In this document: in pieces, positions 18,476 to 28,230 of the stretch
Numbering within the stretch: position 1 is the stretch's first letter
Layout of the letters: each line of letters opens with the position of its first letter
DNA from: Kofleriaceae bacterium
GTDB lineage: Bacteria; Myxococcota_A; Polyangia; Haliangiales; Haliangiaceae
Reading direction: 5' to 3'
Assembly (NCBI GenBank): GCA_965215005.1
Contig: CBDCCZ010000027.1
Location: 1-64,000 of the forward strand
DNA: 64,000 nucleotides
Notes under the pieces: generated by a model
Seen by the model: the letters and a program-made list of their open reading frames with translations, nothing else
The model's database searches: none
What the model was told of the DNA's origin: nothing
Program-made: the position numbers and the translations under genes

Positions 18476-18811
18476 CGCCCGATCCTTGCCGCAAGGGGAG
18501 TAGGCGGTAATGGGCAGCGATTGTTGCCGGCACCTAGGACGCGCGGACGTTCGAACGCGGCATCGGCAAACGGAACGTTCTACGCAGATCCGAAGGGCAA
18601 TGTAGTTCCGACGCCGCCAGGTGGCCGAATTCACGGCTCTCCGGACGGTCGTTTCATTCAGGCGAAGGACGCGGCTGGGAACCCGACGGGTGTACGCATC
18701 GACGGGCCACACAACCCGAACAAACACACGGACCCGCGGTCGCTAGCTCCACATGGTCATGTTCCTGGCGTCACCAACCCGGACGGCACTCCGTGGCTGC
18801 CGATTCGGTAG
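18476..18811 (+). CDS. Orphan toxin C-terminal domain (no convincing start codon)
   Basis: Open frame AARGVGG..RLLPAP..GSPDGRFIQAKD..TGVRIDGPH..PHGHVPGV..PWLPIR*, followed by a small acidic gene. Confidence 0.68.
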   Translation, partial: RPILAARGVGGNGQRLLPAPRTRGRSNAASANGTFYADPKGNVVPTPPGGRIHGSPDGRFIQAKDAAGNPTGVRIDGPHNPNKHTDPRSLAPHGHVPGVTNPDGTPWLPIR

Positions 18812-18824
18812 TAGGAAAATAGTC

Positions 18825-19190
18825 ATGGCAGCCGACCAAGAACTTCTGCGGCAGCTTCTCGTTGAAGGCATATCCGCATACGCGTCTTTCCGACGTGGAG
18901 AGCTCGATGTGAAAGCCTACATCCAGAAGTACGGCTCGTTCTTTTATGAGAACGATCTAGCAGGCAACGAAAGTGGAGAGGCTTGGAGAGCCGCGCTCGC
19001 GTCAAACCCGTCTGCGGTAGCTCTGCTCGAGCGAATCCAAGACGTCTTTAACGCCGTGTACATGAGTGACGAGCCGCTGCCGGCGTATCGAGATGCGGGT
19101 AGACTCACGCCTTGCGAAGCGGCTTCGGAACTTCGAAACGCCGTGACTGAAGACGAACTAGAACGGATCGAAAGTGGACTCAGTGCCTAG
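18825..19190 (+). CDS. Probable immunity protein
   Basis: 121-aa acidic helical ORF 13 nt after the toxin-tip stop; RBS AGGA. Confidence 0.65.
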   Translation: MAADQELLRQLLVEGISAYASFRRGELDVKAYIQKYGSFFYENDLAGNESGEAWRAALASNPSAVALLERIQDVFNAVYMSDEPLPAYRDAGRLTPCEAASELRNAVTEDELERIESGLSA

Positions 19191-19495
19191 CCGGCCGTCG
19201 CGCGCTGCTTCTGCGCGGCGACAAGTGAGTTGATGAGGCGGATGTGCGACGCGACCCCTGTTCGGCGCGAATAGCCGGCGTCACTTTCGCCGCTAGCCGC
19301 CAACTCCTCCAACATCGCCGCCCCCTCCGCCGCACTCCACCGCGCACGCCCGCCCGGCGGGGCAGGGTCTTGTCCCTGATCTCGCTCTCGTTGATGCTTC
19401 ATGCCCTCCTACTGACCATGAAGCCGCGCATCGCAGTAGGTGCGGGCTGTCGGGCAGATACGGAAACACATGTAGTAATGCAGCTTATCGGCTAC
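19187..19495 (-). mobile_element. IS66-like remnant: truncated TnpA-type HTH ORF (19187-19402) and possible left end
   Basis: RWSAAEGAAMLEELAASGESDAGYSRRTGV resembles IS66 TnpA N-termini; RBS AGGAGG; minus-strand GTAGCCG at 19495 resembles IS66 ends. Confidence 0.45.
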
Positions 19496-19634
19496 GGAGC
19501 GGCGATCAGGAACGTTAGCAGCGCGGTAGGACAGAGCGGCGTCGAGTTACTTACCGACACTCACGGTGTGCCAAATCGCATCAACGGTTGGTAAATGAGG
19601 GCAGGAGCGCAGTATCTTGAACCCTGGCAGCAAC

Positions 19635-19897
19635 CGCGAACCTTCGTGACCTCGGACCAGCCGACGTTCGAGCTCAAGCGCCGACAACGCGAATGAGATG
19701 CTCGAGGTCGCGGGCGAACACCCGTTCTAAGCTTGAAAGCGCGGCCGGGTGTTGGCGCAAGAGCTACAACCGGGCGAGGAGGTCTACACGTCGCGTGGCG
19801 GTTGGCTACGTGTGTCGAGCGGTACGTGGACCGGGCGCATAACGACCGTCTACAACTGAAGCCGGGACTTCCATACATACTTCGTCGGCGACGTCGG
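19635..19897 (+). pseudogene. Degenerate second HINT-domain copy
   Basis: Colinear nucleotide similarity to 15629-15902 (e.g. GAGGTCTACACGTCGCG, GACTTCCATACATACTTCGTCGGCGACGTCGG) with indels and stops. Confidence 0.88.
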
Positions 19898-20476
19898 TGA
19901 CCAGTCACGGCTTTGCGGAGCTACTCGGTGAGCTTGGCGTCGAGCGCACCTATTCGCGGCCGCGCGTGTCGAACGACAACGCCTTCTCCGAAGCGCTGTT
20001 TCACACGACCAAGTACCAGCCCGACTGCTCGGGGCGCTTCCGCGACCTCGTGCATGCGCGGCGCTGGTGTGCGACGAATTCGTCAACTGGTACAACGACG
20101 ACCATCATCACGACGGGCTTGCTCTGTTCACGCCCGGAGACGTCTTCCACGGCGGCGTCGGTGCGGTCGCCGTGCACCGTGAGCAGGCGCTCAGCGGCGC
20201 CTATGAGGCCCGTCCAGAGCGCTTCGTCGGCGGCCCTCCAAGCGTCAAGCGTCCGTCTGCGCGCGTCCTCATCAACCCTGCCGACGCCGCGCCGCCTCCG
20301 ACCGCCGCTCGCGTCCTCGCGGCCGATGCCGACCAACTCGCCGGCCTGTGGCCAGCTCCCGTGTCAGGTCAGCTGCCATTGATTCGCGTACCGGGAGCGA
20401 TCGTCGCCGCTCCTCAGCAGCCGCTCGCTAAATAGAGATCATCAACCAGCTGTCTCATCCGTGTTGACACGTTCCG
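19897..20476 (+). mobile_element. IS3-family-like transposase 3' remnant with probable right end
   Basis: LGVERTYSRPRVSNDNAFSEALFHTTKY, then frameshift to FVNWYNDDHHHDGLALFTP..AYEARPERFV; ends TGTCTCATCCGTGTTGACACGTTCCG. Confidence 0.82.
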
Positions 20477-20520
20477 CGGTCTCAGTCTGGCCAGCTCGAA
20501 CGCGAAGCGACCGAGTTTAC

Positions 20521-21789
20521 TCAGTCGCAGAGAGCGACGGCGAACTTGAGATAGCTCGCCTCGGGGAATCCAGGAAGCGTCGGAAAGTCGACCGGCAGCC
20601 AACGGCGGTCGATGATGCGCAGGTTGCGCGACTTGCCGCCTTCGGCGAGTGCGAAGTCGAAGTCTTGCTGCGACATCTTACGCGTGTTCGAGACGGCGAC
20701 GAGCAAGCCGCCTGGCGCCATCACGTCTAAGGATGCCGTGACGAGCTCTGCGTAGTCGTTGCCAGCGCTCCACGGCTTGCCGCCGCCGCTTGCGCTGGCG
20801 AAGGCTGGCGGGTCGAGCACCACCAGATCGAACTGCCGCTTCCGCTCGGCGAACTTGGCCAGCACCTTGAAAGCATCGCCGGCGATATGCTCGGGGACCT
20901 CGGGCTCAAACCCGTTTAGTGCGAAGTTCTTCCGCGCTCGTGCGTGAGCCTTGGCAGCAACATCCACCGCCACGACCTCACTCGCACCACCCTGCTGGGC
21001 GCACACGGAGATGGCGCCGGTGTAGCTAAACAAGTTGAGCACCCGCCGGCCGCGCGACCATTCGGCGATAGCGCGGCGTCCCTCGCGCAAGTCGATGAAG
21101 AGGCCGGTCGACAGCGGCGCCGTGACATCCACCCAGAAGCGCAGCTCGCCCTCGCGCACCTCGAGCTCGACGGGGGCCGGATTGCCGCGCACCAACTCCG
21201 CCGCCGCTTGCCGCGGTGCTTCTCCCGCGAGCGACTTGAAGCGCCGCTGTTCGTAAATTGCCTTGGGCGCGAGCTCGGCAGTCACGGCATCGTAGATGGC
21301 ATCGCGAAACTGCATGACCGCTGGCGTGAACAGCTGTGCCACGATGTAGTCGCCATAGCGCTCGAGGACCACGGCCGGGACTCCATCGGACTCGGCGTTG
21401 ACCAGTCGACAAGCTTGATAGCGATCGAAGTCGAGCAGTCGGCGCCGATGCGCAATGGCGGCGCGTACGCGCGCGGCGAACAGCTCGGGCTCGAGCTCGA
21501 CGTCGGGTTGGCGCGTGACGACGCGAACCGCGATGGCACTATCACCATCGAAGAGGCCCTTGCCGACGAAGTCGCCATCCCAGTCGACCAGCTCGAGCGT
21601 GGAGCCTGGGCTGTCGCGAAGGGCGCGGGAGAGCGCCTCGCGATACACCCACGGGTGTCCCGCTCGCACTCGCCGCGCGACATCGTGTTGCAGCCTCACG
21701 GTCCCACGACGAACGATGGGAGCGCTCTCGCGTCCGCGGCGCCGCCCCGCCGTACTACCGGGTTTACTGCCTCGCCGCGAGATGGCCAT
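20521..21789 (-). CDS. Class I SAM-dependent rRNA methyltransferase (RlmI/RlmK-like, PUA domain)
   Basis: GHPWVY, RLVNAESDGVP, STGLFIDLRE, VLNLFSYTG, FDLVVLDPPAF. Confidence 0.9.
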   Translation of the reverse strand: MAISRRGSKPGSTAGRRRGRESAPIVRRGTVRLQHDVARRVRAGHPWVYREALSRALRDSPGSTLELVDWDGDFVGKGLFDGDSAIAVRVVTRQPDVELEPELFAARVRAAIAHRRRLLDFDRYQACRLVNAESDGVPAVVLERYGDYIVAQLFTPAVMQFRDAIYDAVTAELAPKAIYEQRRFKSLAGEAPRQAAAELVRGNPAPVELEVREGELRFWVDVTAPLSTGLFIDLREGRRAIAEWSRGRRVLNLFSYTGAISVCAQQGGASEVVAVDVAAKAHARARKNFALNGFEPEVPEHIAGDAFKVLAKFAERKRQFDLVVLDPPAFASASGGGKPWSAGNDYAELVTASLDVMAPGGLLVAVSNTRKMSQQDFDFALAEGGKSRNLRIIDRRWLPVDFPTLPGFPEASYLKFAVALCD

Positions 21790-21951
21790 TGGACGCGCAT
21801 CCTAGCGACCGACGGCGCCATGTCAATCGGCGACCACCCGTTTCAACCCTCACGAACCCACACTGCCGCCGAGCAGCTCGTGCCTGCGCGAGCCTCCGAT
21901 GGGCCCCGACACGGCCACTGATCTGCCACTTATTCTGACGGATAACCCTGT

Positions 21952-21981
21952 TTGACAGCCCACTTCCTGAGCGAGTAACCT
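21952..21981 (+). promoter_or_regulatory. Putative sigma70 promoter of the pil operon
   Basis: TTGACA-N18-TAACCT, 32 nt upstream of the pilB ATG. Confidence 0.45.
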
Positions 21982-22013
21982 AGCGAAACTTCATTACTTA
22001 GGGGAGCGAGGCA

Positions 22014-23705
22014 ATGAGCCGATTGGGCGAGCTTCTCGTCCGCGAGAAGATGATCTCCCTCCAGCAGCTGCAGGAGGCTCAAACCGAAGCGAAACGCTCG
22101 GGCAAACGGCTCGGCGTCGCGCTCAATAAGCTTGGCTATGTCGATGATCAGGACCTGACGCAGTTTCTGGCGCGGCAGTACAGCCTGCCGTCGATCAACC
22201 TAAACGACTTCGAGATCGACCCGGACGTTCTCAAGCTGGTGCCCAAAGATGTGGCCCAGCGACATATGGTCATTCCGGTCAACCGCGCCGGCGCCACGCT
22301 GATCGTGGCCATGAGCGACCCGTCGAACATCTACGCTATCGACGAGCTCAAGTTCCTCACCCAATACAACATCGAGCCGGTCGTCGCGTCCGAGCAGGCA
22401 GTCGAAGACGCGGTTCTGCGCTACTACGACAAAGGCCCCGATCTCGATGAGATGATCGGCGAGCTCGATGAAGAGGTCGACTTCGAGACCAGCGCGGACG
22501 ACAACCCCAACGTCGTCGATCTCGAGAACCAAGCCGGCGAAGCTCCCGTCGTCAAGCTATGCAATGCGATCCTGCTGTCGGCTATCAAGAAGAAGGCTTC
22601 CGACATCCACATCGAGCCTTACGAGAAGAACTTCCGGGTGCGCTTCCGCATCGACGGCATTCTTCACGAGGAGATGCGACCGCCGCTCAAGTTGCGCAAT
22701 GCGATCACCAGCCGCCTGAAGATCATGGCGTCGCTCGACATCGCCGAGCGGCGATTGCCTCAAGACGGCCGCATCAAGCTCAAAATCGGCAAGAACCGAG
22801 AGATGGACTTTCGCGTCTCGTGCCTGCCGACGTTGTTTGGCGAGAAGATCGTCCTCCGGCTTCTCGATAAGTCAAACCTTCAGCTCGACATGACCAAGCT
22901 CGGCTTCGAGAGGAAGCCCCTGGACGATTTCCAGAAAGCCATTCACCAGCCGTACGGCATGGTGCTCGTCACCGGGCCCACGGGTTCGGGCAAGACGACC
23001 ACGCTGTACTCGGCGCTGTCGGAGCTCAACACGCTGGAAACCAACATCAGCACCGCCGAGGACCCGGTCGAGTTCAACCTGCAGGGCATCAACCAAGTTC
23101 AGATGCACGAGGACATTGGCCTCAACTTCGCGACCGCGTTGCGCTCGTTCTTGCGGCAAGACCCCGACATCATCATGGTCGGCGAGATTCGCGATTTCGA
23201 AACCGCCGAAATCGGCGTCAAAGCGGCACTTACCGGCCACTTGGTGCTTTCCACTCTGCATACGAACGATTCGCCCTCGACCGTCTCGCGGCTGCTCAAC
23301 ATGGGCGTCGAGCCGTTCTTGGTTACCGCCTCGGTCAATCTGGTATTGGCCCAGCGACTCGCGCGGCGCATCTGCGGTGAGTGCAAAGAGCCGGTCGAGA
23401 AGCATCCCGAAGCGCTTCGCGAGATGGGCATGACTGAAGAGCAAATCGAAGGTGGCACCATCCAAGCCGGCAAAGGCTGCAAGGTGTGCAATGGCACTGG
23501 CTACAAGGGCCGCGTAGCGCTCTACGAGGTCATGCCGTTCACGGAAGGGCTCAAAGAGCTCGTTCTGCAGGGCGCCTCTGCGGCGGAGATCAAAGCCGAG
23601 ATGATCCGCCAAGGCGTCTCGACGTTGCGCATGGCCGGCATCAACAAAATCCTCGAAGGCGTCACCACGCCTGAGGAAATTCTCCGCACTACCGTTTCAG
23701 ACTGA
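22014..23705 (+). CDS. pilB: Type IV-A pilus assembly ATPase PilB
   Basis: ASDIHIEP, LDIAERRLPQDGR, GPTGSGKTTT, LRQDPDIIMVGEIRD, tetracysteine motif. Confidence 0.96.
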   Translation: MSRLGELLVREKMISLQQLQEAQTEAKRSGKRLGVALNKLGYVDDQDLTQFLARQYSLPSINLNDFEIDPDVLKLVPKDVAQRHMVIPVNRAGATLIVAMSDPSNIYAIDELKFLTQYNIEPVVASEQAVEDAVLRYYDKGPDLDEMIGELDEEVDFETSADDNPNVVDLENQAGEAPVVKLCNAILLSAIKKKASDIHIEPYEKNFRVRFRIDGILHEEMRPPLKLRNAITSRLKIMASLDIAERRLPQDGRIKLKIGKNREMDFRVSCLPTLFGEKIVLRLLDKSNLQLDMTKLGFERKPLDDFQKAIHQPYGMVLVTGPTGSGKTTTLYSALSELNTLETNISTAEDPVEFNLQGINQVQMHEDIGLNFATALRSFLRQDPDIIMVGEIRDFETAEIGVKAALTGHLVLSTLHTNDSPSTVSRLLNMGVEPFLVTASVNLVLAQRLARRICGECKEPVEKHPEALREMGMTEEQIEGGTIQAGKGCKVCNGTGYKGRVALYEVMPFTEGLKELVLQGASAAEIKAEMIRQGVSTLRMAGINKILEGVTTPEEILRTTVSD

Positions 23706-23721
23706 ACTCGACTGGAGGATC

Positions 23722-24840
<1,119 letters not shown>

Positions 24841-24865
24841 CTTGAGCACGGGGGAGGACTGAGCA

Positions 24866-26077
24866 ATGGCCAAGTATCAATGGGAAGGCACCACCCGCGC
24901 CGGCGAGCCCCGCCGCGGAATCATGGAAGCAGCCGACGACGACGCCGTTGCTGCCAAGCTCCGGTCCATTGGCGTCGCGCCGACTAAGATCAAGAAGGCT
25001 GCCGGCCGTCAGCTCTCCCTGAGCTTCGGAAGCGGGGTGAAGACGCAAGACATCCTGATCTTCACCCGCCAGCTCGCCACCATGATCGACGCGGGCTTGC
25101 CGCTCGTGCAGTGCCTGGAGATTCTGTCCCAACAAAGCGAGAATCCCAAGTTTGCCAGCGTGCTCACCAACGTGAAGACGCAGGTGGAGTCGGGCTCGAC
25201 CTTCTCCGAAGCGTTGCGTCGCCATCCAAAGGTCTTCGATGAGCTGTTCGTCAACCTCATCGCGGCCGGCGAAGTAGGCGGCATTCTCGATACCATCCTC
25301 AATCGCCTCTCTGCGTATATCGAGAAGTCCGTAAAGCTCAAGCGCCAGGTCAAGAGCGCGATGGTCTATCCCATCGCCATCTTGTGCGTTGCTCTCATCG
25401 TCGTGGCGGTGATGCTCGGCAAGGTCATCCCGGTATTCGAGAATATGTATAAGGAGTTCAAAGGCGCAAAGCTGCCGACTCCAACCCAGATCGTCATCAA
25501 CATCTCGAACAGCTTTACCTCCAACTGGTACTTCTACTTCGGCGCGATCGTCCTCTTCGTGGTTGGGCTCGGCATGATGCTGCGCAACCCCAAAGGCCGC
25601 GACATCTTCGATGCGATGATCCTCAAGGTTCCGATCATCGGCAACGTGCTGCGCAAGGTGGTCGTAGCGCGCTTCACCCGCACCCTGGGCACCCTCCTCT
25701 CCTCCGGTGTTCCGATTCTCGACTCGCTCGACATCTGCGCCAAGACCGCCGGCAACAAGACGGTCATGCGCTCGGTGTACTTCGCACGCGAGAAAATCTC
25801 CGAAGGCAAGGATCTCGCAGGTCCGCTGGGCGAAACCAAGGTCTTTCCGGCGATGGTGGTGCAGATGATCGGGGTCGGCGAGCAAACCGGCGCTATGGAC
25901 CAAATGCTGCAAAAAATCGCCGACTTCTACGAAGACGAGGTCGACGTTGCGGTCTCCGCGCTCACGTCGCTGCTCGAGCCGATCATGATGGTGTTCCTCG
26001 GCGGTCTCATCGGCGGACTCATCGTCGCCATGTATCTGCCGGTCTTCGAGCTAGCGGGCAACATCGACGCAGGATGA
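24866..26077 (+). CDS. pilC: Type IV pilus platform protein PilC (T2SS F family)
   Basis: FTRQLATMIDAGLPL, AGEVGGILD, GEQTGAMDQML. Confidence 0.95.
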   Translation: MAKYQWEGTTRAGEPRRGIMEAADDDAVAAKLRSIGVAPTKIKKAAGRQLSLSFGSGVKTQDILIFTRQLATMIDAGLPLVQCLEILSQQSENPKFASVLTNVKTQVESGSTFSEALRRHPKVFDELFVNLIAAGEVGGILDTILNRLSAYIEKSVKLKRQVKSAMVYPIAILCVALIVVAVMLGKVIPVFENMYKEFKGAKLPTPTQIVINISNSFTSNWYFYFGAIVLFVVGLGMMLRNPKGRDIFDAMILKVPIIGNVLRKVVVARFTRTLGTLLSSGVPILDSLDICAKTAGNKTVMRSVYFAREKISEGKDLAGPLGETKVFPAMVVQMIGVGEQTGAMDQMLQKIADFYEDEVDVAVSALTSLLEPIMMVFLGGLIGGLIVAMYLPVFELAGNIDAG

Positions 26078-27846
26078 CCGCTTCTGGCGCATCTCGGGCC
26101 GCAGGGGATGCCGCTGCGCGCGCGCCCTCACCGCACCCGAGCCCGGCAGAGTCGCTGCAGCTCTCGCGCGCCGCTGCGTCCGCCTCCGAGGCCGACCTTC
26201 GGCGACGGGTGGCGTATCTGATGATGTTTCGGCTGGTGCTCATCAGCCTGGTGCTCGGCGTCACTCTGCTCATCTACGGCCTCAGCGACGTCGATCTCTC
26301 CACCACCAACGCCACGGTGCTGTTTGGCATCATCGCAGCAACCTATTTGCTCACCATCTTTTATGCACTCGCTCTCCCTCGAGTGCGCGACCCGCGCCGG
26401 TTAGCCGACGTTCAAGTCGCAGGGGACTTACTCACCACCGCCATCCTCGTGCACATCACCGGGGGCGCTCAAAGCACCTATAGCTTCTTCTTTCCGCTGT
26501 CGATCATCGGCGCTGCCACGGTGCGATTCCGCGCCGGTGCGGTGGTAGTCACGTGCCTCTCGATGCTGATCTACGTGCTCGTCGCGCTGCTTGGCTGGCT
26601 CGACGTACTGCCGATTCCCGAAGGCCAGCGCCTGCTACCGTTTGATCTCAGTCAAGCGGAGCTCAGCCGCGCCTTGGCGCTCAATCTCGCCGCCGTCTCC
26701 GGGGTGGGCGTTCTAGCCTACAACCTCGGAGGCCAAATCCAGCGCACCAGCGCCTCACTCGAGAGTGAGCGCAGCGTCGCGGCCGACTTGCGCGCGCTAC
26801 ACGAAGACATCGTACGCTCGGTCGCAAGTGGTCTCTTGACCAGCGATCTGGGCGGCGCGGTACTCACTCTCAACCAGGCCGCCAGCGAGATTCTCTCGAC
26901 CAGCTTCGACCGCGCCGTCGGTCAGCCGGTCGAGCGCATCATTCCCGGCATCGAGACCATATTGGCCACGCTTGCGCCCCACGAGTCGGCGCGGCGGGAG
27001 AACTTGCTGGTGCGGCGGCGCCACCGCGCCGACCTCGCGCTCGGCATCTCGATCGCGCCGCTGCGCAACAACCGCGACGACTTCATCGGCCGCGTCATTA
27101 CCTTTCAAGATCTGACCGAGCTGCGCGAAATGGAGCAGCAGATGAAGCAGGCCGAGCGACTGGCGGTCGTCGGCACTCTCGCGGCGGGTGTGGCCCACGA
27201 GATTCGCAATCCGCTCGCAGCGATCAGTGGCTCGATTGAGCTGCTTCGAACCAGTCCCCACGCCGATCCCGACAGCCGCGCGCTCATGGAAATCGTCAAT
27301 CGCGAGGTCGACCGGCTCAATGGGCTCATCCGCGATCTTCTCGACTATACGAATCCATCCCCGCGCGAGCTCATCCGGTTCGACCTGGTCGAGCTGGTGC
27401 GCGAGACGTTGCAAGTCTTTGAACGCGACAAGGCGTTCGAGCACGTCCGCATCGAGCTGCAGCATCCGCCGGCCGCTGATGCCGAGCTAACGGCAGACCC
27501 TGCCAAGCTGCGCCAGGTGCTGTGGAACCTGCTGCGCAATGCAGCCGAGGCCGCGGGCAAGGGCGGCGGTCGCGTTCGGGTGGTAGCGAGCAGCGACGCC
27601 GACAGCGTTGCGCTGCGCGTCGAGGACGATGGACCGGGAATCGATGCCGCGCACCTCTCGCGGGTCTTCGATCCGTTCTTCACCACCAAGAGTCGCGGCA
27701 CCGGCCTTGGCCTCGCAACGTGCCACAACATCGTCGTCGAGCACGGCGGCACCATTCGCGTCGAAACCGAGCTTGGCAGCGGCTGCGCGTTTCTGGTGCG
27801 CATTCCACGCCGGCCGGAAACCACTCGCGCGCCCGCGCCGCCGTAG
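26074..27846 (+). CDS. pilS: Membrane sensor histidine kinase PilS
   Basis: About 6 TM N-terminus with HITGG..S.YSFFF, PAS, AHEIRNPL, GTGLGL; follows pilC. Confidence 0.88.
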   Translation: MTASGASRAAGDAAARAPSPHPSPAESLQLSRAAASASEADLRRRVAYLMMFRLVLISLVLGVTLLIYGLSDVDLSTTNATVLFGIIAATYLLTIFYALALPRVRDPRRLADVQVAGDLLTTAILVHITGGAQSTYSFFFPLSIIGAATVRFRAGAVVVTCLSMLIYVLVALLGWLDVLPIPEGQRLLPFDLSQAELSRALALNLAAVSGVGVLAYNLGGQIQRTSASLESERSVAADLRALHEDIVRSVASGLLTSDLGGAVLTLNQAASEILSTSFDRAVGQPVERIIPGIETILATLAPHESARRENLLVRRRHRADLALGISIAPLRNNRDDFIGRVITFQDLTELREMEQQMKQAERLAVVGTLAAGVAHEIRNPLAAISGSIELLRTSPHADPDSRALMEIVNREVDRLNGLIRDLLDYTNPSPRELIRFDLVELVRETLQVFERDKAFEHVRIELQHPPAADAELTADPAKLRQVLWNLLRNAAEAAGKGGGRVRVVASSDADSVALRVEDDGPGIDAAHLSRVFDPFFTTKSRGTGLGLATCHNIVVEHGGTIRVETELGSGCAFLVRIPRRPETTRAPAPP

Positions 27847-27858
27847 TATCGTGGTCGC

Positions 27859-28137
27859 ATGAGCGACAGCCACTGCCCCCTGTGCGGCCAGGCAACTGCC
27901 GAGCCTCTCGCTCTGCGCAGCACCGGGGAGTTCGTTGCCATCGGGGCGACCGCTCAGCCGCAGCCCGAGCCGCGCCGCCTCACCACCGCCGCTGACCTCG
28001 CCTGCAGCTTCTGTGGCAAAGCGCCGCCCGAGGTGCAGAAAGTGCTCGGCCAGCCGGAGGCGCGCATCTGCAATCAGTGCGTTGGCTTCTGCGCCACTGT
28101 TCTGCAGGATGAGCTCGGCGATGACTGGTCGCGCTGA
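27859..28137 (+). CDS. Stand-alone ClpX-type C4 zinc finger protein
   Basis: CSFCGK..ICNQC plus an extra N-terminal CPLC. Confidence 0.75.
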   Translation: MSDSHCPLCGQATAEPLALRSTGEFVAIGATAQPQPEPRRLTTAADLACSFCGKAPPEVQKVLGQPEARICNQCVGFCATVLQDELGDDWSR

Positions 28138-28230
28138 CGGCCCGCAGCGAGGAGCACGCCGTCGGTCCTGATCGGGCGCCATGCCTCGGCGCTGTGGTGA
28201 TACGGTGGTGATAGCGTCGCGTGCGGCAGC

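Noticed and set aside
19496..19594. Short frame GAAIRNVSSAVGQSGVELLTDTHGVPNRINGW* as another immunity remnant
   Set aside because: Too short and without a recognisable motif.
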